Counted from the first letter of the stretch, positions 9,941-18,620 are shown. The stretch is 64,000 bases of DNA from Promethearchaeota archaeon (GCA_048938855.1 JBHLLT010000001.1:256124-320123); one strand, 5' to 3'. Numbers and translations are program-made. Notes: generated from the sequence alone by a model not told the origin.

Positions 9941-11521
9941 TTAAAATTCATGTTTATCGATGATTATTGGTAATAGTAATTTTGCTAAAGCTATTGGACT
10001 CTTCTTTTTAATTAATAAATAAAATGGAAATTCTGGAAAGACTTTGAAATACTTCTCATTCTTCAACATTTTTATTATTTTAAACTTAGGGAAAAGAGGA
10101 ACCTTTGATTGGCTGAGTATAAAATATTTTAAAATATTATGAAGCAGTAATTTATCCAAAACAAATACTCCAGCGATAAAACCAAATTTTGAAGCGAATT
10201 TTTCTTGAATTGAAGATAATGAGTTATTGTTTCTTGTTAAAAGTTCATCTTTATCGATAATTCTTATATTGGATAGAGTACTTTCTTCAAAGCTTAATAG
10301 AAGAATATATTTAATTATTCCTTTAGACAACATGTTTTGATTTTTCCCTGTATTCTTGATATATTCCTGATCTGTTATAATACAGAGTATTTGAAAATTT
10401 AGTCCAAAAGAAATGTCAATGTAATTGAATAGAAATTCGGGAATTGCCCAGTGAGAGAGTTTCTTAAGATTTAGATTAAATCCAAATAATCGAATTATAA
10501 ATCTAATAAATGTATTGTAAATTCTGGGACGAGGAACCATATCCCAATGATTATCAAAACTTCGATACCAAAATAAAGCTTTTTGGAGTAAAAATGATAT
10601 ATTATCTTTTTTTAATGGAATAAATAGTTCAAAAAAATCTAAAAGAAAGGAGATCACATCATCCTGTTTTATGAAATATGAATTATTTGTCTTTAATTGT
10701 TGTTGAATTAGATCTAGATTGTATGACATATCTGAATCGCTTAACTTAATATCTAACTCTTCTGGAGTTAAGATGTTTAGCGTTAAATTAGATTTCCCCA
10801 ATTTAGATACTTCTTTCTGCAAATGGAGTATTACTTTTATACCACTTCCTTTCATGAATATGGAAATATTAAATTCTGGGATAGATTCTTCCATAAATTT
10901 AAATAAATTTAGTAATCTAATTTGATCTAATAATTTTAAACTGGCTTTGAAAAATTTAATAATTATAGGTTCGGGATATATCATGATCAAATTTTGATTA
11001 ATGATATCTTGGAGTAAGTCCATGGAACGTTCTAAAAATTCATAAAATGAGATTTGTTCTAAGTCATCACAATGTTTGTTAATCAAATCTATTGCTTCTT
11101 CATTAAATAAACGAATTGATGATATTCTAACCTTTTTTGTTTTTAATATGGCTTTTTGCACTTTATCAAACAAGTCATCTAGATTCTCAATATCTCCACT
11201 TTTAATCCGAATTAAATCATTAGAGAGCGATTCAACAGTTTCATGTATACCTGCTTTCTTTGTTTTATATAGGTAAAGCCCTTGAAGTTTATTTTTTTTA
11301 TCAGCATTGGTAGTAATAATATCAAGGATATTCTGTTGGTCATTAATAAATCTTGGATACAAAATTTCAAAGAATTGGTACAATAGATTCGCATTTATTG
11401 AAATTGGGGTAAATGGTATTCTAAGATGTTCCTTTACATTCTCGGGTTCCTGTAGAATATATCTATTTAAATTGAATTTTAGTATTTTTATCCAATTTTC
11501 CTTGAAATTTTTATTGATCAA
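9941..11521 (-). CDS. Hypothetical protein
   Basis: 526-aa ORF, 4 nt downstream of the DUF362 gene. No family recognised. Confidence 0.7.
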   Translation of the reverse strand: MINKNFKENWIKILKFNLNRYILQEPENVKEHLRIPFTPISINANLLYQFFEILYPRFINDQQNILDIITTNADKKNKLQGLYLYKTKKAGIHETVESLSNDLIRIKSGDIENLDDLFDKVQKAILKTKKVRISSIRLFNEEAIDLINKHCDDLEQISFYEFLERSMDLLQDIINQNLIMIYPEPIIIKFFKASLKLLDQIRLLNLFKFMEESIPEFNISIFMKGSGIKVILHLQKEVSKLGKSNLTLNILTPEELDIKLSDSDMSYNLDLIQQQLKTNNSYFIKQDDVISFLLDFFELFIPLKKDNISFLLQKALFWYRSFDNHWDMVPRPRIYNTFIRFIIRLFGFNLNLKKLSHWAIPEFLFNYIDISFGLNFQILCIITDQEYIKNTGKNQNMLSKGIIKYILLLSFEESTLSNIRIIDKDELLTRNNNSLSSIQEKFASKFGFIAGVFVLDKLLLHNILKYFILSQSKVPLFPKFKIIKMLKNEKYFKVFPEFPFYLLIKKKSPIALAKLLLPIIIDKHEF

Positions 11522-11525
11522 TTAA

Positions 11526-13013
11526 TCAGAGCGCCTCCCATAGTTTTAATTTATTATTTAAGTCTCCATTATACCAATACCCGTTAATTTTTGTATATAG
11601 ATTCAGATTTGGTAACTGCTTTTTACCAAAATATTTTAATATTAATTCTAAGCACTCAAAAAAACTAGGATAACAACCAGGGAATTCCAGAATATTTTTA
11701 TTTTGCTTTACTTTAACTTTTGATTTCTTTTTCGATATTTTTTCTTTGAAAATCTTGTTTTTTGCCTCTCCAATAATATTTTTTTTGGATTCAATAATTA
11801 ATTTTCGAAAATTATAATTTTTTGTTGTAGATATGGCGCAGTCTCCAAAAATAAAATAATTATTAGTTTGATTTGGTTCTGTTGGATTTTTTCCAATTAA
11901 AAATGAATTCTTACCATTGTATTTCAAATCTTTTCCCATATATGTTTTCATAAAATTTAATAGATGATAAGCCTGATTATAGCATCCTGAGCAATAGTTG
12001 CCAGAGCTAATGGTCATATTCCTTACTCTAATATCTGTAAGTTCTGAGACACATTGTACGATATCAGTTTGGACCGCTTCAATTTTTTCACCCAAAATCT
12101 TGATACCAGATAATGTAGGAACTTCAATATTCTTATTATTGGCAGCTACCATCATTTCGTTGCTACTACTATCAAGATTTAATATATTTAATGTAACTAC
12201 ATCAACAGAAATTAGATCAACTCCAATAACCATTAATTTAGTTTTCTTTAATTTAGAATCTTCATATATATATGGTCCAGCACCTTCTAAAGTGAAAAAT
12301 AAATCATTTATAATTAAATTGGGCTGCCTAATAGAATATGCATCCAAAATAGTGGAAATTAAATCTTGCTTATATTGATCATGAACTAAATTTTCTCTCA
12401 AATTATTTCCTATTACTCGATATTTCGGAGGAATAATTGAATACAAGTTAAATAAAGATAAATTTAGCGTGAATAAAGGATTTACATTAATCTGGTTAAG
12501 AGATATAAATTTATCTGAATTAAGAATTATATTTGGAATAAAATACTCATTACCATTTATTTCTACAAGAGAGAGTGATTTCTGTTTAATTTTCTTTAAA
12601 TCATCCTGACTTAACTCCTTATTCCCATAAATATCACTATTATCAAGAAATACTAAATCTGCCCCAAGAGCTTCAAAAAATTCTTTTAAATTTAATAAAT
12701 CAGAAATAATTTTAATAGGAATCCCTTCCACTGGATAACTACCCAAATATATCCTAGCTGCTCCAGCTTCTTTACAAGAGATAATAAGTGCTTTTAATAC
12801 GTCAAAATTAGTATTAGTTGGAAAACCTCCTGGTAGATTTAGATTAAATTTAATAAAAATTTGATCATCTTTATTAATAAAATTGGAAATCCCTCCAAGT
12901 TGTTCGATTCCTTTTAATAAACATTCCTTTGGAGTATTAGCTTTACTTATTACAACTTCTGGTTTCTTTGATCTTGATGCAGTTAACATAAAGAATGTAG
13001 TTTCGCAATTCAT
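11526..13013 (-). CDS. DUF362-domain protein with a C-terminal Cys-containing (Fe-S?) domain
   Basis: LGGISNFI...IFIKFNL...TNTNFDVL, LEGAGP, DLISVD; C-terminal CSGC...GDCA...PGCYP. Confidence 0.75.
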   Translation of the reverse strand: MNCETTFFMLTASRSKKPEVVISKANTPKECLLKGIEQLGGISNFINKDDQIFIKFNLNLPGGFPTNTNFDVLKALIISCKEAGAARIYLGSYPVEGIPIKIISDLLNLKEFFEALGADLVFLDNSDIYGNKELSQDDLKKIKQKSLSLVEINGNEYFIPNIILNSDKFISLNQINVNPLFTLNLSLFNLYSIIPPKYRVIGNNLRENLVHDQYKQDLISTILDAYSIRQPNLIINDLFFTLEGAGPYIYEDSKLKKTKLMVIGVDLISVDVVTLNILNLDSSSNEMMVAANNKNIEVPTLSGIKILGEKIEAVQTDIVQCVSELTDIRVRNMTISSGNYCSGCYNQAYHLLNFMKTYMGKDLKYNGKNSFLIGKNPTEPNQTNNYFIFGDCAISTTKNYNFRKLIIESKKNIIGEAKNKIFKEKISKKKSKVKVKQNKNILEFPGCYPSFFECLELILKYFGKKQLPNLNLYTKINGYWYNGDLNNKLKLWEAL

Positions 13014-13065
13014 ATATTAAATTAATAATATAAAATAATGAAAGAAATAAATTTTAAGTTAAGTA

Positions 13066-13944
13066 ATGTGTAAAATGTCAAAAATAGATCTTGGTGATTA
13101 TATAAATCAAATTCCTTCGAATAACTTAGGAATAGATATGGGACAGACCCTCTCGAAATTAGCATATATAGAAGGAAATGAATTGACACTGCATACTTTT
13201 CCAACGCAGGAAGAAATTTCCTTGATTGAAAAGGATCTGAAATCTAAAGAGGGACAATTTTCTGAATATAATTTTACAGGGGGGAGGAGTTATAATTTAT
13301 TTAGTGAATTTTCTAAAAAATTTAAGACAAATCTTATAAACGAATTTGAAGCAAATGCTTTAGGAATTAAATTTTTATATAATCTGGAAAAAAAGAAAGA
13401 CCTTCCACGTTCTTTGATAGTAAGTATAGGGACAGGGACTTCAATTGTGTTATTAGATGAAAATTTTAAACATTTAGGGGGATCAGCCCTAGGTGGTGGA
13501 TTTTTTATGGGCATAATAAAGGCATTATTTAACATAAATGATTTCAATGAAGCAATAGATTTAGCAAAAAAAGGTAATCGATATAAGGTCGATTTAAAAG
13601 TGTCAGATATTTATTCCGCCGAAGATAATAGGATTGATTCAATTTTTAGAGAATTTACAGCAGCATCATTAGGAAAGATTAATTATGATTTTAATATGAA
13701 TTCATTGGCTAAAGAGGATTTTATTAATTCTATAATCAGTATGATCGGTGAGAATATTGGTACGATTGCTATTAATATGTCAGATATAAATATTGTAAAA
13801 AATATTGTCTTTTGTGGAGGAGTTTTAATAGAAAACAGGATTTTGAAGCAAATATTATCTCTGCTATGTAAATTCAATGGTAAAAAAGCGATATTCTTAA
13901 AGAACTCAGAATATTGTGCTGCTATTGGAGCACTTTTATTCTAG
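13066..13944 (+). CDS. coaW: Type II (fumble/CoaW-like) pantothenate kinase
   Basis: GIDMGQTLSK, NEFEANALG, SIGTGTSI, GGSALGGG, DLKVSDIY, ASLGK, AIGAL. Start may be 13075. Confidence 0.85.
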   Translation: MCKMSKIDLGDYINQIPSNNLGIDMGQTLSKLAYIEGNELTLHTFPTQEEISLIEKDLKSKEGQFSEYNFTGGRSYNLFSEFSKKFKTNLINEFEANALGIKFLYNLEKKKDLPRSLIVSIGTGTSIVLLDENFKHLGGSALGGGFFMGIIKALFNINDFNEAIDLAKKGNRYKVDLKVSDIYSAEDNRIDSIFREFTAASLGKINYDFNMNSLAKEDFINSIISMIGENIGTIAINMSDINIVKNIVFCGGVLIENRILKQILSLLCKFNGKKAIFLKNSEYCAAIGALLF

Positions 13945-13977
13945 ATCATATGATTTAAAGACATATACTATATTATG

Positions 13978-14047
13978 TGTGCCCATTTGGAGATCAATAA
14001 TCATTGAATTCATAAATAACCTCATAAAGACACTATAAATGGGCACA
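13978..14047. repeat. Intergenic inverted repeat with 11-bp perfect arms (TGTGCCCATTT / AAATGGGCACA)
   Basis: Arms at 13978-13988 and 14037-14047, extendable after two mismatches by TATTA/TAATA. Confidence 0.75.
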
Positions 14048-14124
14048 ATTAATATTATTTAATAGGATATATAATTCTTTCATTCCAAACAAATATTATC
14101 TTTATCAATTAGCCCCTTAATACA

Positions 14125-14140
14125 AGGTATTTTAATACCT
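14125..14140. promoter_or_regulatory. Palindrome AGGTATT-TT-AATACCT upstream of the SIS/PHI gene, candidate operator
   Basis: Perfect 7-2-7 inverted repeat about 85 nt before the start codon. Confidence 0.35.
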
Positions 14141-14223
14141 CAAGTGTGAATAATATTGATCAAAATATATTTTTTGGATCTTTCCTTATATAAAATATTG
14201 GTCTAAAAACATTGAGAATAATA

Positions 14224-14880
14224 ATGGTTGATAAAACTAACACAGAACAAAACCAGATTAAAGTAAATGGTCGGGCAAAAGAAATTCTTTTTCGTGCAAT
14301 GGACATAATTTTGAAAAACTTGGAAGAAAATGTTCAGCATCTTAAAAAAGACAAATATTTTACATATACCCAAAAATTCATTGAGTTAGTTCATAATGGG
14401 ATAGTCAATAAGCGAAAGTTTTTTTTATTAGCCTCAGGAAGGAGTGCTTTTGTACTTCAAACTTTTTCTACTCGTTTAGTCCATCTTGGCACGGAAGTTT
14501 ATATGGTGACCAATTTAGCGTCAATACCGGCATTAACAGAAGATGATATTTTAATTGTACTCTCGGGATCAGGAACGACTAAAATAGTGGTCTCATTATT
14601 GGAGAATTATGTTAATAATGTAAAACCTTACGCAATAGTCTCCATTACTTCTCATACAGAATCAATCATCGGAAGAATTGCTGATATTACAATTAAATTA
14701 AAGGGTCGAACAAAGAAGGATATGACTGATCCTCAAGATGATCAAGCCATCTTAACAACTGAAGGTACCCAATTTGAAATTGCAGCATTCGTATATCTTG
14801 ATTCAATTATAGCTGAGTTAGCAGTAAGAATGGGTAAAACAAATGCTGATATGCTAAAGAGACACTCAGAATCGATCTAA
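14224..14880 (+). CDS. hxlB: SIS-domain protein, 6-phospho-3-hexuloisomerase-like
   Basis: ASGRSAFV...RLVHLG, LSGSGTT, ITSHTES, GTQFE, MLKRH. Confidence 0.75.
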   Translation: MVDKTNTEQNQIKVNGRAKEILFRAMDIILKNLEENVQHLKKDKYFTYTQKFIELVHNGIVNKRKFFLLASGRSAFVLQTFSTRLVHLGTEVYMVTNLASIPALTEDDILIVLSGSGTTKIVVSLLENYVNNVKPYAIVSITSHTESIIGRIADITIKLKGRTKKDMTDPQDDQAILTTEGTQFEIAAFVYLDSIIAELAVRMGKTNADMLKRHSESI

Positions 14881-14932
14881 TCTTAATTCTTTTTATTTGA
14901 ATTCTCTTTTAAAAAGGAGATTTATTTTCCAT

Positions 14933-15325
14933 TTATTCAAAACTAAATTCTTGAATTAAGTTAGCAATATGCTCCTTAAATTCTTCTTTTATTAATGTGT
15001 AATATGTATATTTTCCTTTTTTCCATCCTCGAATTAATCCCACTTTTTCTAATTCTCTCAGATGATGTGAAATTGAAGGTTGAGATTTGTCTAAAATTGC
15101 TTCTAATTCACATACACACCTTTCTTTATTCATCAAGGCGGTCAAAATAACTAAACGTTCTTTATTACTTAATGCATTAAAAAATTCTAATAAAGAGTTT
15201 AACATATCATTAAATTTTAAATCTTTTCCAATTTTTTGTAGATTTTTGAAGTAAGCATCACCATCAGTACAATCATCGCATCCGCATAATGTATCTTTTA
15301 TTTTCGCTTTTCGATCGACTTTCAA
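14933..15325 (-). CDS. ArsR/SmtB metal(loid)-sensing repressor
   Basis: FNALSNKERLVI, RCVCELE (alpha3 Cys site), SQPSISHHLREL; extra N-terminal CGCDDC. Confidence 0.92.
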   Translation of the reverse strand: MKVDRKAKIKDTLCGCDDCTDGDAYFKNLQKIGKDLKFNDMLNSLLEFFNALSNKERLVILTALMNKERCVCELEAILDKSQPSISHHLRELEKVGLIRGWKKGKYTYYTLIKEEFKEHIANLIQEFSFE

Positions 15326-15409
15326 TTGAGTATCACATTATATTTATATTCTTACTATTATATAACGCATGAAATTATAAAAATTTTATCTATATTTATA
15401 ATTCTAGAT

Positions 15410-15433
15410 TCACATCGAAATATTTTTATATGA
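15410..15433. promoter_or_regulatory. Imperfect 12-12 inverted repeat overlapping a TATA-like box; candidate ArsR operator
   Basis: TCACATCGAAAT|ATTTTTATATGA, 9 of 12 pairs complementary. Contains TTTATA (15425-15430) preceded by CGAAA, between divergent arsR and the hgcA-like operon. Confidence 0.45.
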
Positions 15434-15514
15434 TACATTCTATTAATATTTCAAGTGCTGTAAAATCAAAATTAAGTTGTTATTAGGGGATGGTTACTCA
15501 TAGCAGTAGTATAC

Positions 15515-17161
15515 ATGCGAAAACTAGAAGAAGAACCAGAAACTTATGATTCTAAATTTACTGTATTAACAAAAGGAGTGAATCTTGAGGTACAAGACTG
15601 GATTTTAGATCGAATTAATGGCTCTGAATCAATATTAGAAATTGGATGTGGCACAGGTACTCTAGCAACAAAAATGGCGCAAAAAGGAAATAACGTAATT
15701 GCAATTGATAAAAACTTTCAAATGATTAATTATGCGATGAAAAATTTTCCCTCAGATTTATCTGGCGGAAAACTATTATATCAGACGGGTTCGTTTACAG
15801 ATTTAGCCACACCCCCTCGCTCTCAAGATTTAATCGTAAGTAAATTTATGTTATCTGAATTACGCCCTTTAGAACAGCAAATTTTTCTTAGAAATGTATG
15901 GAAAATGCTGAAACCCAAAGGGCGTTTAATTGTAGCTGCCGAATTTGTACCTACTGGCTTTTGGAAGATTTCATTTAAATTGAAAAGATGGCGATATAAG
16001 AAAAAATTAAGACGTTTACGAATTCAAAGCACGCATCTAGTTAAATGGTTTTATAAGTATCTAGAACCAATAGGTTATAAAATCAGTACTCTTGTAAAAT
16101 GGAAACATGGGTCAATTCAAGCCATAGAACTACAAAAGATTAATGACAATGGAACCAATGAACCTGGATATTATAGACCTAAAATTAAAAGATTTTCTGG
16201 ATTCCGATCTCAATTAAGAATTTATCGTTGTATTTTCACAGGACAAGTTGATAGGGTACCTATAGAACCCGGCATTTATAAATCTGGAAATCCTGATGAA
16301 AAATCACCGATAATTGTCACTGCAAATTATGAATTTACGTATATTAAAGTTATGCGTGATCTTAAAGGTCTAGACGCATGGGTATTATGTGTTGATTCAA
16401 ACGGTATAAATGTATGGTGTGCTGCTCGTGGTAACGATTTTGGAAACAATCAACTTATTGAAGCAGTAGAAGCTACAGGGATCAGAAATATTACTCAAAA
16501 GAAAACATTAATATTACCCCAACTTTCAGCAGGGGGTATTGCAATACCTCAACTTCCCAAAAATTCAGAGGAATTTCCTTTTAGAGTTAGATATGGACCA
16601 GTTTGGTCTAAATCAATTCCTCAATTCCTTGAAGAAAATCCTGCTAAAAAGCCTGATAGAATGAAACTAGCTCGATTTACACCTTACTATAGAATTCGTG
16701 CTGGAGTTACTCATATCTCATTTTTATTCCGAAAAATCTTCATCCTACCTTTAATTGCATTAGTTCTTCTGTTCTTAATCCTGACTTGGTTTAATAAATT
16801 ATGGTGGGTTGGTGAATTATCACTCTGGATAATTATCGCAAATTTAATTTTTGTATTATTTTTTCCAATCTCAGGTTTTACGAGGAGATTTATTATAAAG
16901 GGTATTTTTTTCGGGATAATTAATGTAATTCTCTTGGGAGGATTGGCTTATTTGATCCATAACAATATATATTACGTTCTCTGGCAGTTAGGTTTTTATT
17001 TTTGGGTGACTTATTTCTCAGTAATGTCATTTAGTGGGTACACAATGGCCACAAGCCCTAGAGAAATCCAAGAAGAATATCCCATTTTTAATTTAACGAA
17101 TAAAATTTTAATTATCCTAAGTATAGTCCTTCTGACTTTAGGATTTTTTTTTACAACATAA
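15515..17161 (+). CDS. hgcA: Class I SAM-dependent methyltransferase fused to an HgcA-like corrinoid-binding membrane protein
   Basis: N-terminal ILEIGCGTG (SAM motif I) and LKPKGRLIV. Central IEPGIYKSGNP..SPIIVTANY..., GINVWCAARG (16409-16432 encodes NVWCAARG), LILPQLSA.G, YGPV. C-terminal TM helices followed by FSGYTMATSP. Symbol denotes homology; function unproven. Confidence 0.85.
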   Translation: MRKLEEEPETYDSKFTVLTKGVNLEVQDWILDRINGSESILEIGCGTGTLATKMAQKGNNVIAIDKNFQMINYAMKNFPSDLSGGKLLYQTGSFTDLATPPRSQDLIVSKFMLSELRPLEQQIFLRNVWKMLKPKGRLIVAAEFVPTGFWKISFKLKRWRYKKKLRRLRIQSTHLVKWFYKYLEPIGYKISTLVKWKHGSIQAIELQKINDNGTNEPGYYRPKIKRFSGFRSQLRIYRCIFTGQVDRVPIEPGIYKSGNPDEKSPIIVTANYEFTYIKVMRDLKGLDAWVLCVDSNGINVWCAARGNDFGNNQLIEAVEATGIRNITQKKTLILPQLSAGGIAIPQLPKNSEEFPFRVRYGPVWSKSIPQFLEENPAKKPDRMKLARFTPYYRIRAGVTHISFLFRKIFILPLIALVLLFLILTWFNKLWWVGELSLWIIIANLIFVLFFPISGFTRRFIIKGIFFGIINVILLGGLAYLIHNNIYYVLWQLGFYFWVTYFSVMSFSGYTMATSPREIQEEYPIFNLTNKILIILSIVLLTLGFFFTT

Positions 17162-17205
17162 ATTTAAAAAAAATGAAAGATGTATAAAAATAGGAGGTAA
17201 GTAAA

Positions 17206-17568
17206 ATGACAGAAACTAATCTTGAATCATTAAATTTTTCTGAATTTATTAAAGATGTCTTAATTTTTATTGATAAAGACGTATGTAATGGTTGTGGGCT
17301 TTGTGCAGAATTATGTCCGTTCGGACTTCCACAAGCTAATAGTTCAGGAAAATATGAGATAAGTAGACCGGAATTATGTACAGAATGTAGTGCCTGTAAG
17401 AGAAATTGTCCAGTTCAAGCAATTATCTTGAATGAACGTAAAGGATGTGGATGTCTTTGGAACGCCCGAGGAGTAGCAAAGAATAAGAAAAAGGGCATCA
17501 CAGTTGAAAATTCATGTGGATGCGGACCAACTAACGAGAACAGCGTAAATAACAGTTGTTGTGGATAA
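17206..17568 (+). CDS. hgcB: HgcB-like 2x[4Fe-4S] ferredoxin
   Basis: CNGCGLCAELCP and CTECSACKRNCP, then GCGC and a C-terminal SCGCG...SCCG tail. AGGAGG RBS; directly downstream of the hgcA-like gene. Confidence 0.85.
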   Translation: MTETNLESLNFSEFIKDVLIFIDKDVCNGCGLCAELCPFGLPQANSSGKYEISRPELCTECSACKRNCPVQAIILNERKGCGCLWNARGVAKNKKKGITVENSCGCGPTNENSVNNSCCG

Positions 17569-18523
17569 GTTGGATATAAATTCTAAAAAAGGCTTATTTT
17601 TTGGAACCATAACAGTTTTCTTAGTGGGACTGCAACCTGTAATTGCGAATTCAAGGCCCGAAATTATAGATGCATTTATTTTTGCTGCAATTACAGCTTT
17701 AATCGAAGCCGTAGTTTTCCTTCCATTATATTATCTTGAAAGAAGAAAATTAAGTTCAAATCAAGAAATTGACACAAATAAGTCTTTATTGAATGGCTGG
17801 AAAAAAAAAGATAATATAAAATTGCTTGTGTTGATTGGATTATCTTTTGCAATTATTCCAATTTTATTATATATTGGTTATGAAATTACAGGGTCAACAA
17901 ATAGTACCATAATCTTAAAATCTGAAATCATTTTTGGTTTATTATTTGGTTTTTTAATATTAAATGAAAAAGTCACTAAAATTCAAGTTATTTTTTGCTT
18001 AATTTTATTTATTGGATTGTTTTTCACAGTTACTAAAGGATTTACTAACATAAATGAATTGAATATAGGAGTGTTGGTTTTAATCATAAGTGTGGCTTCA
18101 TTTACTTTTATTCATTCTTTAACTAAAGTCAAATTTGATAAAAATGAATTATTTCCTACTCAAATTGTATTTATTAGAAATTTACTAAGTGGATTATTGC
18201 TATTAGTGCTCTATATTATCTTTTTCCCTATAAAGAACCTTCAAATAGTCTTTAATCCTAATTATTTTTTGTATTTTTTATTTATGGGTTTGGATTATGG
18301 ATTTAGTCTATACTTTTGGTATAAAACATTAACCTTCATCCAGATTGGCACTGCTACGATAATTAATTCTCTAACTCCATTCTCCACAGCATTCTTCGCT
18401 TTTATTATTCGCGGCGATCCTTTCACTTTATTTCATCTTATTGGTGTAATTATCATAATAATTTCTATTATTGTAATTGTAAGAGAAAAAGAGAATAAAA
18501 AAGAATTGGAGGTTCAAAATTAG
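17561..18523 (+). CDS. EamA/DMT-family transporter
   Basis: About 10 TM helices in two repeats (ILNEKVT..Q; IIRGDPFT). GTG start overlaps the hgcB stop by 8 nt. Confidence 0.88.
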   Translation: MDKLDINSKKGLFFGTITVFLVGLQPVIANSRPEIIDAFIFAAITALIEAVVFLPLYYLERRKLSSNQEIDTNKSLLNGWKKKDNIKLLVLIGLSFAIIPILLYIGYEITGSTNSTIILKSEIIFGLLFGFLILNEKVTKIQVIFCLILFIGLFFTVTKGFTNINELNIGVLVLIISVASFTFIHSLTKVKFDKNELFPTQIVFIRNLLSGLLLLVLYIIFFPIKNLQIVFNPNYFLYFLFMGLDYGFSLYFWYKTLTFIQIGTATIINSLTPFSTAFFAFIIRGDPFTLFHLIGVIIIIISIIVIVREKENKKELEVQN

Positions 18524-18620
18524 GATTCGAGTTCGAAGTTCGTTCTAAGTTCAACATTATCATCTATTTATAGTATAAATTCTTATTAAATATAATAAAA
18601 TCTATTAAAAGTGAAATTTA

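Noticed and set aside
13978-14047. Possible eukaryote-like SECIS on the minus strand (ATGA...GA inside a stem)
   Set aside because: Core geometry is imperfect, both flanking genes are on the plus strand, and I found no in-frame TGA selenoprotein nearby. The hgcA/hgcB Cys codons I checked (cap helix, C-terminal CC) are TGT.
15515-17161. Annotation as acetyl-CoA synthase corrinoid subunit (CdhD/CdhE) or as ArsM
   Set aside because: It has C-terminal TM helices, the Cys cap helix and a downstream CCG-tailed ferredoxin typical of HgcAB. The methyltransferase domain lacks the multiple conserved Cys of ArsM.
18524-18555. GGATTCGAGTTCGAAG resembling a tRNA T-loop
   Set aside because: No acceptor, D or anticodon stems can be formed around it.
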